Positions 36,640 through 50,700 of a stretch of 64,000 nt of DNA are shown here, one piece after another; positions within the stretch are counted from its first letter, which is position 1, and the number at the start of each line of letters is the position of its first letter. A program made the translations under genes and the position numbers. Location of the stretch: the NCBI GenBank assembly GCA_003427395.1, contig BFEA01000010.1, forward strand, positions 5,321,946 through 5,385,945. The letters are read 5' to 3'. Source of the DNA: Chara braunii. Lineage: Eukaryota > Plantae > Charophyceae. Under the pieces are notes generated by a model. That model had not been told where the DNA came from. It worked only from the letters and a program-made list of their open reading frames with translations, and did not search any database.

Positions 36640-36955
36640 CAATAAGTCTGGCAAAGGTCTTATGAAGTGGGGGTAAGCAGCCTTCTGGATTTGGTAGGCT
36701 AAGGGCCAGAAGTTGCAAAATGCATTCCTCATACCTAGAAGTGCATTCCTCCTATAGGCTTGCAGTAGCATGTTTAAACCACCACGACTTCCGCAAGTTG
36801 CGCCTTGTATACGACCAGCCAAATGAAAACATTGTGGCATTTCCACTTGACTGAATTCGTACCAGCACCCCAGGCCCGTTCAAGCCGAAAGTCACAGCTG
36901 CATATGAGTAGTGACTTCGGGCAGTACTGGATATTTAAACCACCAGTACCTTTCT

Positions 36956-36987
<32 letters not shown>

Positions 36988-37520
36988 GGAAGAAACAACC
37001 CGAGTGAATGCTAGAGGTGCTGATAAGAGCAGACACCACTAGCATGCTCGGGGAGGCTCCATCTATTGGTGGGGAGCAGCACCTGCTGGAAAACGGGTCC
37101 AGCGTCCCTTGACATGTAAAATGATTGTTATAGGAACATTTCAAACTCATGTAGGCCTGCCACTTGTCGGTCATCTGAACGGTCATCGAAATCGACACGC
37201 AAGCATGGCAGGCAACTGATGAGCAGCATTGATTGCCCTCACCTGAGGGGATTAACTGCCCATCATAATCCAAAGTTATATCCAAAATCATAACCATACT
37301 CTGAGCTCCTCATCGTCTACCATGTAAATCCTTATCGTGCCATGAGGAGGAGAGGCAATCAGCAGTAGGGAGAGTAGAGAACCAATTGATACACCCACCC
37401 TTTGAAACACAAGATCTATGCCTACCCAAAAAAACTTTATGAAGCAAGAGGAGGGGTAGTGAGAGCAGGCAAGAATACATGTGGCCTCTTCATCGAAAAG
37501 GGGGAAAAGAAATCCTAGCA
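36640..37520 (-). pseudogene. Possible highly eroded third PLE-type RT fragment
   Basis: FQRVGVSIGSLLSLLLIA (cf. Q..G..MGSP.SP.LA), IYMVDD and ILDITL (cf. FLD.TI) occur in the expected order but with compressed spacing. Confidence 0.3.
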
Positions 37521-38019
37521 AGACAGCCACGTGGCAGAACCCAATGAGTCGCACAGGCCACCGTATGCCTCTTCCCAATGCGAACTCGTCGCACCTCTGT
37601 GTCATACGTGCCACGCGGCAATCTAATATTACAATCTATTGTTGTAAAAGACCGCAAGGAGCTTCAGACAGCGCAGATCCAACGCGCATGATCCCGCCCC
37701 CCACTCATACGCTGCCAAGCAAACTCTGTGGCCCCATTGTAGTTAACCACCCTTTGTCCTTCCTATCCCACCCGCACTCGCGCAAATTCCACATTCGCAG
37801 AATCACATGACAGGCAAGAAGTTGCAAGGTCACCCCAACAGCACTGGCCCCAACCCTCCCCCCCAACCCCACCCAAATCCCATGGCGAGATTTCTGTGAT
37901 ATTCCACTCGCACTGGAAGCCCCGCAACATGCTAAGCACGCGCAAAACCGTCGCCCTCCCAGCAAACTTACCCTCATCGCTGGCGCCCTGGCTGACCTGG
38001 ATGCATACTCGAGGGCTAG

Positions 38020-38400
38020 CAACTATGCTGTTATTGATATTGATGTCACTGTTGTTATCATCGCAACCGATGTTGTTGTCCCCATCGCCAGAGTCCAAGT
38101 TATCATTATTGTTGTCCTTGTATATAACAGCTCCGGTGAGAGCGACACCGCCACAGTCACTATTATCGTCGTATTTGTCCATGCAAATGTTGTCATCGTC
38201 ATTGTTGTCATTACTTTTGTCTGTGTTGTTGTTGTTGTTGTTTTTGTTGTTGTTTTTGTTGTTGTTGCAGACGGCGATGCACATAAGATCAGCGTCATTT
38301 GTGCTAGCTTCGTTTACGCCCTGCGCCACAAACAACGTAAACTCATCGTCGATATTCCCGTTGAAGTCGCTGTCGTTGTTGTTGTTGTTGTTGTTGTTAT
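38020..38400. repeat. Degenerate (TTG/TCG)n trinucleotide low-complexity tract
   Basis: Visible TTG repeats; they produce Asn/Asp-rich or Leu-rich spurious ORFs. Confidence 0.8.
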
Positions 38401-41400
38401 AATTCTCACACACCCCCCCTTCCCGCTGAAGGCAATCCTCGTCACCCGCAAATGAGCGCTCCTCCAGTTTGCCGCCAGTATCCTGCCCCTCCTCAAGCTT
38501 CCCACGGCGAATTGCAGTCCTCAATAAGGGAAGCGGCCGAAACACAAGCGTCGCCCTCTTCACACGAACGATCCTGCGACGTAGCACGCAGCACCTGCCC
38601 CTCCTCAGGCCCCACAGTTACTGATGCCCAGCCTAAAAATGACCTGCGCACGCTGAGCCTGAAAGTGAACGGTACCGGTACCATCCGATTTTATGAGATG
38701 AATTGGTGAGCATAGCTCTGCCAGGACTTCATCATGGAAGGTGGTGAACCTCCGTTAGGAAGCGGATGCAGATTGGGGCAGTGGTTTATCCTAAATTGCG
38801 ATGAGGTGGGAGGGTTTTGCAGGGCCGTCGGCCCCTGCCGCACAGGTGGTAGGGTATTTCCTCGGGTTTGCAGAAACGCCATCATGGTAAGAGTTGGTGT
38901 TCTTGGTAAAAAGTGGGCGCGCAGGCGCCGCCTTAGCGCTAACGCAGCAACGGGTTCGCTGCGGTCATAGCGCAAAGTTGTCCGCAGTCACCGTGGGGAA
39001 GGAGGAGTGTGAAGGTTACGCCATTGCCGGCGGACGGAGGACAAGGGGCAGGGAAAAAGAGAACTGGGAGGGAAAGAGGAGGGGGACGACGAGCGTAGAG
39101 GGAGGAAATGTGGACGGAAGGCGACATGCGGAGACTCCCAGCTTTCAATAGCACCCCCCTGCGCTGCACTGGGAGGCAGTCCCGGGTTTGAGCAGGGTGC
39201 TGCGAGGGAAGGTGAGGTGCCGCTCTAAACACGACACACAAAGTGGGAGTGGATGAAGACGGACAAAGACAAGGAACATAGGAGATTGGAGAAAGGGACA
39301 TCGGACACGAAAAAGAGGGCGAGAACGAAGAAGAAGGCGAGAACACAGGAGGCACCAGGCGCGAGAACGAAGAAGGGAGGTAGAGTTGGTGATAAGGAAA
39401 ACACGGATGAAGGAGGCAGGAGAGACGAAAAGAAGAAAAAAAGAGAAAGGAAAAACATCACGGCGTGACAGCGGTGAAGGAGCAAGTGGTGTACCGAAGG
39501 CTCACACGTGAGAACAAGAAGGGAGGTAGAGTTGGTGATAAGGAAAACGAGACTGCAGGAATAAGGAGGAAGGAGGCAGGAGAGACGAAGAGGAGAAAAA
39601 GAGAGTAAGAATAACATCACGATGCAACAGCGGGAAAGGAGTAAGTGGTGGAGCGAAGACTCACACGTGACGACTCTCTGGGCCCTCTATCCTTTGGGGT
39701 CCTGGGGGATATCCCCCGGTGAAGGAAGAGGACAACCCAGAGGTAAGACAATTTTTGAACATTTCCTCCCCTCTCTCCCTGACTCTCTCTGCCCCCCCTC
39801 ATGACTCCAACCTCCCGCTACCCCCTCTGACCCCTTTGCCCGTCGACATGAATCCCGATCGACCTCAACTCAGATCTCGACTACCCCTCTTCCCCCTCGC
39901 CCCCTGCGAACCCAACCTCCCGCCCTGGATCACGGCAACCCCCACCTCCTGCTACCCCCTTGGATCCCTTTGCTCGACGACCTGTATTCCTCCCACCCCG
40001 GATCCCGTTTATCCCCTTTCCCCTCAGATCCCGACTACCCCTCTTCCTCCTCGCCCCCCACGAACCCAACACCTCACCCCATCCGATCCCATCCACGAAC
40101 CCACCCTCTTGCCCCAGATCGATCCGGTCCCTGCGACCCAGATCCCGACCACCCCCTGCCCTCTTCCCCTGATCCCTCCCCTTATCCATCTGTCTCAACC
40201 CAGCTTCGCCCTTCCCCACTGTCCCGTTCCTTTCGACCTCTCCCCCATCCGATCCCATTCGGTTCGCCCCGGATCCCGACTACCCTACGCACTCCCCGTG
40301 ATCCCGACCTCCCGCTGCATCCCGAGCGGGTCATACTCCTGATCGGGCCATACCGATCACCTCCCCCCTTCCNNNNNNNNNNNNNNNNNNNNNNNNNNNN
40401 NNNNNNNNNNNNNNNNNNNNNNNNNNNNNNNNNNNNNNNNNNNNNNNNNNNNNNNNNNNNNNNNNNNNNNNNNNNNNNNNNNNNNNNNNNNNNNNNNNNN
40501 NNNNNNNNNNNNNNNNNNNNNNNNNNNNNNNNNNNNNNNNNNNNNNNNNNNNNNNNNNNNNNNNNNNNNNNNNNNNNNNNNNNNNNNNNNNNNNNNNNNN
40601 NNNNNNNNNNNNNNNNNNNNNNNNNNNNNNNNNNNNNNNNNNNNNNNNNNNNNNNNNNNNNNNNNNNNNNNNNNNNNNNNNNNNNNNNNNNNNNNNNNNN
40701 NNNNNNNNNNNNNNNNNNNNNNNNNNNNNNNNNNNNNNNNNNNNNNNNNNNNNNNNNNNNNNNNNNNNNNNNNNNNNNNNNNNNNNNNNNNNNNNNNNNN
40801 NNNNNNNNNNNNNNNNNNNNNNNNNNNNNNNNNNNNNNNNNNNNNNNNNNNNNNNNNNNNNNNNNNNNNNNNNNNNNNNNNNNNNNNNNNNNNNNNNNNN
40901 NNNNNNNNNNNNNNNNNNNNNNNNNNNNNNNNNNNNNNNNNNNNNNNNNNNNNNNNNNNNNNNNNNNNNNNNNNNNNNNNNNNNNNNNNNNNNNNNNNNN
41001 NNNNNNNNNNNNNNNNNNNNNNNNNNNNNNNNNNNNNNNNNNNNNNNNNNNNNNNNNNNNNNNNNNNNNNNNNNNNNNNNNNNNNNNNNNNNNNNNNNNN
41101 NNNNNNNNNNNNNNNNNNNNNNNNNNNNNNNNNNNNNNNNNNNNNNNNNNNNNNNNNNNNNNNNNNNNNNNNNNNNNNNNNNNNNNNNNNNNNNNNNNNN
41201 NNNNNNNNNNNNNNNNNNNNNNNNNNNNNNNNNNNNNNNNNNNNNNNNNNNNNNNNNNNNNNNNNNNNNNNNNNNNNNNNNNNNNNNNNNNNNNNNNNNN
41301 NNNNNNNNNNNNNNNNNNNNNGGCCCCGACCAGGTTTGTGAGCACTCCCCTCCCTCCCGCTCACCCCGATCCTGACCTGCCCCTCCCCCCGATATCCCAT

Positions 41401-41737
41401 GTCCACATTGCGATCCCGATATCTTTCAGACCTGCCCCCTATCCCGATCTTGATCCCTCCCGGCTTCCCTACCCCGCACTACTAGCTAGCTGAGACCCCC
41501 CCTCCGACAAATCCAGTAGGAAACAGTGACGACAGGCAGGACCGGGCCAATGCCTAGGCCAACCTCTTACAGACCTCAGCACAGATTACCCAGATGTTAA
41601 TAATAATAGGCAGCTCCGTGTAACCTCATCATAGCATACACAGTAGGGGATAGTAAAAGACAACCTTTTTGTGCAAACCTGATACACCCAACACAAAGTA
41701 AGCATGGCAAGCCTAAAAAACGAAGCAAGGAAGAGAA

Positions 41738-44643
41738 ATGGTAAGAGTCGTGCACGAACCATTTGGTACCAGGGTGCCATGGGACACCATTCGTCCGACT
41801 GGAGACCCCGCGTGGGATGGAAAGGATGGAGGCAAGGACCATGGAAGAAGCCTCCTCCTCCCACTCTCCCTTCCCGGAGCCACAATCCCGATTGTCTCCT
41901 CCTCAACAGAGCTATTAGAAGAAATGAAGGAAATGAAGGAACCTCTGGGGTCCCCCCATTCATGGGCTGACAAGCTCAAGAAGATGTACTCAGGACAGAC
42001 TTTGTCGGTTAAGAGAGATGGAGAGGGGGAGGTCACCTTGGAAATCCCGTTGGATAACCTAACCACAACTTCAACCTTCTTTGTTGCAAAGTTCCTGACA
42101 AACCCAGAAGACAAGACAATCAGTCAGGGGGGCAAAAAACACAGCGTCAAAACCCTCCAAAACAACAAGATCAAGGAAAGGGACACAATTTATACCCGCT
42201 ATGTGAGTACCTGGGTCTTCTACGATGACGTCGCCTACAAATCGGCCAATGATAAGGTAGGGTGGATTAGGAAGCGCTTCGCCACCCTCAAAGGATCAGA
42301 GGAGGGAGCACGAGACTTCTTTCTAATCCAACTTATCTCATCGACGGTCCTCACAGTGGTCTGTATGTTCGATTTGGATAAGCAAATCATGGACTCCTGG
42401 CGCAGCACACCTTGCAGGCGCTCTTAGGTCAGTATTTTCCCCTGGTCCCCTACGGAACAATTGAAACCAGAGGAGAAGCGGGAACAACTAATGGCCGTGA
42501 CAGACCACTACTGGGTGGAATTCCGCCATGTGCCCATTGAAATTCAAGGGGCCTTCGTATATGAACTTGCCCAAAAATACGAGATCGTCGACTTTATCGA
42601 CCCTCTACCCCCCCACGTGGCCCCAAGGGATGATTATCTCATGGTGGCCCTGGACATCCCCAACGGGAACATCTTCACCATCGACGATGTCATCCTCTTT
42701 CGGGTGGGGGGGAAGGACTTTAGAATACACACAGCGCACAAAACACGACCTTGGTGTTTCAAATGCCAAGCGTAAGGTCACCTTCCCTTAGACTCTGACT
42801 GCCCCCACCATCCGGCCAAAAGAATCAGATCCACGGGCCGACTGTTACGAGACCCATTCAAACACATATGGTGGAGGACTGTGGACGCAGGACACGAAGG
42901 ATGGGTCTACGTGGATGAGCCCTGGGAAGGAGGGATAAGGGGATGGGAATGGGAAAAGGGGGAAGCAGTAAATTGGAATACCAAACCACCAGACTAGTGG
43001 ACCCCCCCTAAATCGGTGGAAGTGCATAATATGGGAAAGACCCCTCTCCCCCCCCCAAAAGAGGATCCTGCACCAATGAACAGACGGGCCATGTTAGCCA
43101 CAGCATCGGGAACAACGGGGAACGAGCAACCCCGGACAGAACCGAGTCCCCAAGATTTCATCACTCCGACAGACATGGGAGAACTGTGGCATACCGCAGC
43201 CACAAAGAAGAAAGCATCCCCCAACAAAAAAAGTAAATTGCCAAACGATTCACAAACCCCCAGAACGGACAACCGCTTCCAGGTCTTGACTACGGAAACA
43301 GGGGATGAACAAGTAGCAACACAGCAGCCTGGGGAACCAGGGCAACACGAGTAGAAGGAGGGAGGAGGGAAGGACAAGGATTACAAAAGACAGGGGAAAA
43401 AAGGGGAAGAGGTTGAGGAGGTAAGATACCCTCCGGAGAAGGAAACGGGGCTCAGAGAAGCAAAAAGGAAGGGGAAGAAGGAGGAGGAATAATGCCAAGG
43501 GCCCAGGAGGAGGGAGCCCAAGGCAACGCACCGCAGGGAAGGGAGCAGCAGGGGATCCTGCTCCACAGCACCCCAATATGCCACCCCCCCATACCAGTAA
43601 AGAAGCTCCCCCCGGAATGGACCCCTTTTTCCAAGCCTGTTGACCTCAACCCATGGAATGCGAGCCACATGCAACCCCCCCGGACGAGGAAATGACGAAC
43701 AACACCCCGGAGGACTGGGGATCGCAAGGGGAAGGAGATGTTGAGACCAGGCTAAGGCACCTGGCGGAATGGCTAATCAGCCAACTCCAGGGCCTCTATA
43801 CTAGCCAATCAGAAGCATACTGGGATGAGACCTATGTACAACTCTTCTCTCTACTGGATGAGAGCCCCAGCCTGAAACAGGCCCTAGATCAAGGCCTATC
43901 TCCGGATGCTGATTGGCAGCAGGTACTGAACCAAATCTGGAATATTGTACAAAAAACAAATCAGCCCCCCACCACTACAAAAACGCCAAAAACAGCTAAA
44001 GAGACAGATAAGCCCCCTCCACACCCCCCCGACCACCCACCCCCGGACGAGGGCACACAACAAGCCATGCATGCTCCTCGCCCCGAACACGGAGAGAGAG
44101 AAACAGCAAAGGCAGAGGAGACCGGTCTTTCCAAGTGGGCCAAACTGCGCCACCTGATCGAAAAAGGCTTGTACCACAAAAGCCTGCCGAAGGGGGACAA
44201 AGTACTAGTCTTACCAATTAGGAAAAAAGACTAGGAAGTGGGAACTGGGCCTGTCACCCGCCGAGTCCGAGGACCCATACACCCCCGCCTACGGAGGAAT
44301 GCGGGTGGCACATGCGGAGGGACGATGCACTAAAGACCCACGAAGTTACAAAATTTATCGCCAACCATTACGAACCAGGGCAATGGCTACCATTAGTGTA
44401 TCAACAGAAGGCCTGAAGATGGCCTACAAAGACCTTTACGTGAGATTCGAAGAGAATAAGGACGCAAGGCTGCAATGGCACACACACAATACGCTCTTGG
44501 ATATCCAACAACTTAAGTTCAAACCAAGCAGTTTCTGGGCGACTGACGATTTACTCACATGCGTCTATACGCTCCTAAGGAAAGACATCCTCAATAAGGG
44601 GGTAGATTGGGAGACACAGGACTGGACACAACTCCTTAACTGA
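41738..44643 (+). pseudogene. LINE ORF1 (long), with zinc knuckle CFKCQA*GHLPLDSDCP
   Basis: Fragments starting at 41738, 42461 and 43016 share a frame; later pieces are frameshifted. SWAD motif and WVEFRHVP RRM-like region are typical of L1 ORF1. Confidence 0.75.
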
Positions 44644-44738
44644 TAGGAAGGGCCAAGGGGTTATCTAACACACGATCGATTGGATAGATGTGGTGTATGG
44701 GAAAGACAACACGTGGAAGCGCACCCTACAACAAGCAG

Positions 44739-47700
44739 ACTTAGACATTAGAACGATCAACGTGAACGGTCTAGCGTCCCGTTGTCAGTGCGAATACCCT
44801 TACAAGGGTACCCGCCCTGGTTTTTGCAAGCAACAGGAAAAATAAGTTGGTTTAAAATCTAAGTACTCCGTGCAAGGCGCGATTGCGTCTGTGAATCACG
44901 CTGACTAGGTGGTTGACTAGAGCAGAGAGTGTGTGGGCGCGCAAGCTTTAAGGCGCGCGTGTGATTTTTTTCCTTTGAATTGTTCGTAGGGCCGGCATAG
45001 CTGGCCGGCCTGGTCTTTATTTGTTGATTAAGGTAAGGACATCAAAGTTTCCGTCTCTCTACCCGGCACGTTCGACCGGCGGTAGGTTTGGCATCCCGAA
45101 TGGTGGCGGCCATGGTGTGGTCAGAACAAACTGGGGCGGACATATAGTGCTCGTGCGCTCGGCTACGGATTGAGGAGTGGCCCGGGCGCTTTCTTGGCCC
45201 TGAGCATTACGTCGCACTGGTTTATATGGAATTCCGCGCATGCTAGCTTCAAGCTTGGGCTTAGCCCTATGGGTTACGACACTGGACTTGCGAAACGAAG
45301 GTGCGGGGATCGAGGTCAGTAGGCAGCAGCATAGGGGCGGTGCGGCATTGAAGGAGCTGAAGGGTTGAGGGTCCCGCGGGATTATCCTCTTTAGTTTTTG
45401 TTGGGGGAGACCGACCACAGGCCCGCATGGCAGGACCAGGGGGATGCTGTTAGGTCCCGCCCCCTTTCCTTTTTTTCATTTTTAGTTTATTTTATTTTTC
45501 TATTTTGTCTTATTTGGGGCTGGTCAAATTCGAGTTGGGGCCCGAAGTGGATGTTGGATGGCAAGTTGTCCGCCGAACGAAGGCACAGACTGACGGAGAG
45601 ATGTCGGGCCGCAAAGAAAAGGTGAGGAGGGCATGAGCTGCCTAGTGGTCGACTCCTCAGGATCTCTGCAGATGTCGGGGTCGTCGGGCGGACCTCTACG
45701 ACGTGGACTAAAGCCAGGAGTAGGGCGGAGAAGGCGATGAGCGCTAAGTCAGAATGACGGGTTTGGCTGGGCTGCGCCAGTTGCAGTGGGGCAGAGCTAA
45801 CTAAGGAGTGGACTGAAGGTTGGACGCAGCGGCGAAAGTGAAGAAAGGCAGGCTGTGGCGGGCATAAGTGGGAGCTAGAGGAACTAGGAGGTGCGAGCAG
45901 TCTGGGGAGCTAGGAAGTTAGAAAGAGAGGGAGGATGAGAGTAGGCTGAACCTGGGTGCGGGCACGCGCCGGGTGCACTCGATGTTGAAGACAGCCAGAA
46001 AGCGATGGCAGGAAAGACAACGGGATTGAACGGAGCGGAGGCGGAGCGGAGTACGGACGCGGTGAGGGGCGAGTGAACCCGGGGCATAATCTTGCACCAT
46101 GTGCATTTGGCGGAGAGGATGGCGGAGCGGAGTGAAGGCGAGTTGTGGCAAGGGTCGAAGAGAGCATACCTCGCCCTTTGTTTGATGAAAATGACCGAGC
46201 AAAGATGGTGAGTATAGGTTTTCTGACCGGGCGAAGCTAGTGGTAGTGTTAGTTTTAGCTTTAGGATAGTAGTGCACCGAGCCATAGCAGAAGGAGGATA
46301 AACGGGAGAGAAATTCTATTAGCTCGGCAACCTCTCGGCCGTTTTTGGCGAACGGAGATCCGAAGTTGGGATTTTAGCCCCGGACGAGTTCGACTAGGAT
46401 ATCAGTTTTAGTAATGGGTTAGTAAGTTAGGGACTAGAAGAGAAAAGTTGTACGCGGGAGTTTTTGTAAATGTGGATATGACGTCACGAAAAGACAGATA
46501 GATTGCCCGTTGCGCAATAAAAACGGGCAAGCCCGGACTCGATTTCGGGGTTCAGGGACCTCGAGAATCGATTTGCGAGGTCAGATCGGTGAAGCAGAGG
46601 GTGGAAGATGCGGCATGAGCCGTAGGGGCTGCGCCTAGAGGTGGAGATCGACAAACTGCTAAAGTACCTGGTCGTGTTCTAGCGGAAGATTCATTTGAGT
46701 TCGCCCAACCTATCGTTGGTGGGGATGTGCAGTTAGTCACTGGGATCGAGCGACCGACGGGGTGAGAGAAAGGGGCATTGAGAAAGAGCTTACCCAGTGG
46801 ATGTATCCAGCCCAGTCCCAGCGGTAGATTCTTTCGGCTCTGCTCGTAGCTTCTATAGAAGCTCGCATGAGGCGACCGGGCGGGGCGTCCCAGCGGCTGA
46901 AGGGCCAAGAGAGAGTGAGAGGGAGAGAGGTTATGAAAGAGAGGGACAAACCTACATGGGATTAAGCAGAAGATTCATCATCGTTTTGCGCAGTTGGAAC
47001 CTCCGTTGCTGCAGTTGAGACAGTCGCTCCACCAAGCCGCTGGCCTGGCCACGTTGAGATCTGGGCCATTTTCCCCACCGATGGGTGATTACTCCGCTGC
47101 TCACCGTCGAGATTATCTACAGTGGCCGGTGTACTTGGCTACATACATGTCCCGCAACCCGGAAAAAAATCAAGGCTTTATGGGACTTGATGAGGGGAGT
47201 GAAGATCGTGGCCGGACGTAATCTGCGTTCAGGAGATGCATCTAATGGACACACCAGAACATCACAGGGCACACAAACAGGCCTGACCCTTCTAAAGCTT
47301 CCAAGCATTTGCCCCTGTCAGGGGAGCTCTGGTTTGCAATCTGGATCCCACTCGACTCACGACTGGAGGTGCTCTGTTGGGAGAAGGACGACGAGGAGGG
47401 ACGGTGAGTCAAAGTATTGGGCATGCTGGAACTAGAGATAGTGTGCACAGTATCCATATACGCCCTAAACACGACCCGTGAAAGAAGAGCCTTTTTTGAA
47501 AAGATAGAAACAATCCTTACCCCAGAAGTCCCTCTAATATTAGCAGGCGACTTCAACGCCGCATGAGACAGGTAGCTGGACCGATGGAAAACCTCCTACA
47601 CCACGTCACATAACGCAGAAGAGGATGAGAGGATGTTGCACGACCTGTGTGTACCTCTCTCCCTTTTCGACACCTTCAGACGCAGTTATCCCACCGAAAT

Positions 47701-50700
47701 AACTTTTACGTGTATCCAAAACAACGACTCTGCCAGACTATCCAAATCTTGAATTGATCTAATTCTGGCATCAGAGGAGTTGGAAAGGGGGCTCTCGATG
47801 ACGACAATACTACCGTCAAACTCATACCCCGGTTTAGATCATAGGATGTGTTGATCATGTGCATGGTGGTATGGAATTTTCGCAAACGACCAGACCAGGG
47901 GGCCAGCTATTATAAACTAAATATCTCCCTACTCAAAACCAATTCCTTCCAGAAGTATCTAAAGCAAGCGTGAGACTTCCGGAGAGATCATCGCCCTCAG
48001 CAAGACTCACAAAATGATACAAATTACCTAGTTCAACAATGGTCTGTTCTTTATGGCCCAAAAAAGCAATGAGTACTCTAAATACTTAGTCGCTCAGAGG
48101 TACCAGCAAAAAGTCACAATCATGCAAAATCTAGTGAATGCGGCATAGGAGCAAAATTCACAAAATTTACAAAATTCGCAAGAGTAAGAGCAAATTGCAG
48201 CGTTACAAACCCGTATACAAGAACTTAAGGACCAACTTTTCAAACACGCATAATATTGATAGCAAGGAGCCCAAACAAGGGCAAGACTATCTAGATTTCT
48301 GACTGAAGGAGCGATGGACTCTCACTTCTTCAGTTTGGCTAAAACGCGTGCACAAAGAACCACGATTGAAATTCTTTATGAACCAACTGCTAGAGATTCA
48401 GACCTGGCTATTACCACAGCTCGTTGCTCCAAGATAATATACGATTTTTACAAAGATTTTTTACTTCGCATATTGACAAATCGGATGCATTACGACATGA
48501 TCGTCAAATCGAAGAATTTCTTGACCCCTTAAACAAATCATTAACACCCGAACAACGCAACACTTTAATAGAAGCCCCGCTCACTAAAAATGACATATGG
48601 ACCGCCCTCCTGCAAATGAAGGAGGAAAAAGTCCCCGGAGTAGATGAATTTCTTAAAGAATTTTGGGAAACCACATGGGATTTCATGAGTCAGGACGTTA
48701 TGGAATTCTATAACGAAGTATGGCTCACGAGGGAGATGGGAGAAAGGGTGGGCCAAAGAATATTAACCCTCTTATATAAAAAAGGGGACAAAATGAATAT
48801 CAGGAATTACAGACCCATAACGCTCCTAACAGTCGTGTACAAAATGTTATCCAAAGCCTTGGCAAACCGGATGATCCCAGTTATGGACGACATCATCCAT
48901 CCCGATCAGACCGGCTTTATGGCAAATAGGAATATACAAGAAAATATTTTGTTGATCCATGAGGTCCTCCAACTTACGAGACACTCCCTACAAAACGCGA
49001 CTCTAATCTTCATTGACTTTGAAAAAGCCTATGACCATGTCACATGTGGACTGGTTGTTTTTGGACAAGTGTTGAACTTTGGGCCGGATTTCAGACGCTG
49101 GATACTTATACTCCATCAAAATGCTACTACCTGCGTTCAGGTCAATGAAAATCCCTCGCCACCCCTACACTTAGAATGATCGGTTCGTCAAGGGGACCCT
49201 ATCGCTCCCTTCCTCTTCCTGGTCATTATGAAGGCCCTAGCCGCCAACCTTCAGGCCAACAAAAATATCACTAAAATTCGCGTCACACACATCACAGAAA
49301 ATGCAATCCCGGTATGTTCACTATTTGTGGATGACCTTACAATCATGGTAGAGGTCACCCGCCGTAACATGGAGGACATCCAACAGATGATGGAAAATTT
49401 TGTCAAGGTTCCTGACATGACGGTTAATTGGGGGTCTAAAACACAAGGATGGTGGATCCACTACCAAGGGGGACGTCCTCCAGAATCACCACGCATTGCA
49501 TGGATGCCACTAGAAACCCCAATAAGAATTCTTGGGATATCCATGACTGCCGAAGGACGCCCACCAATCAACAACAAATGGATCAGCACCTCGGCCCAGC
49601 ACAAACTCGACAATTGGAGAAACAAACACATATCCCTGTTCGGTTGAGCCTTAGTTCTTAACAATGTCATCTTCGCAACACTTTGGTACAAATCCTTACT
49701 GTGACCATTGAGCAAAGCGGCTCTAAGGAGGTTAAGAAAAAAGGCAGCGGCCTTCTTGTAGAAGGGGGATGAAGAGCAAACCAACGTAATAAGCCGCGTG
49801 GCCTAGGACTCAATTATCCAGCTAAAGGCAGGGGGTGGTCTGGGAATACTAGATTCGTCCACACAAGTGCAGAAACTGCTCATTCAATGAATAAAGAAAC
49901 TTATATTTGCCCCCCAAAGCCCGTAGTGTGTCCTCGCTTTGGAACATCTGGTCCGACCGACCCCGACAACTTCCCATACGGTCCATCCGCTAACCTGGTT
50001 GGCGGACCGTTTTTTGACGATTCCACGCGAACTCCCACATGGAAGGGAAGGGTCAAAAGAAGGGGGACGGACGCTGGATAATTTTTGGCCATCCTTGCTG
50101 AAAACCTGACGCAAACTCCCGCTCCCAGACCGGACCCACCCCAACCGGCGGGAGGAAGTCCATCGTCAACCCCTCTTCGGTAACAGATAGGTGACGGACA
50201 CGAGTGGTTGCGCTATGACGAGCTCATCCCCACCCTGGAAGAACTGGGTTAAGCATGGAGTGCTTAGGGTGGGGGACCTCAGGGATAGTGAAAGGCAAGA
50301 ATGGAAAACAGGGGACCAATTGCGAGCATCGTTGCGGTACTACCACCATGCAGAGGGGCGATTAGAAGACCCTATTGAGGCTATCCCACTAGACTGGTAC
50401 CTAATCCTCAAACGAGGCCCTACCTTGAAAGAAGGGGATTGGGTTGCAGACACAGGGACCCCTCTGAGGATCGGCTTGATCCATATGGTTTCACCCCAAA
50501 TAGTTCTGGTCGAATACTATGCTATCACCAGAACCGGCACCCTCCAAGGGGACAGACCACCCTTCGAAGGGAGAGATATAACATCGTTGTGCCGAGTGAG
50601 AGTTCTAGAAGAGAACGGACAAAGGGTGGCATTCCAGCCCGACAAACCAATCTAGGACTTGGCTCTGGACCCAGTAGAATGGATCTGGCAGCCCCCCCAA

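Noticed and set aside
37763-38587. 274-aa Asn/Asp-rich ORF
   Set aside because: Explained by the trinucleotide low-complexity tract.
39970-41493. Long ORFs crossing N-runs (also at 11043-12072 and 34806-35913)
   Set aside because: Artifacts of gaps that lack stop codons.
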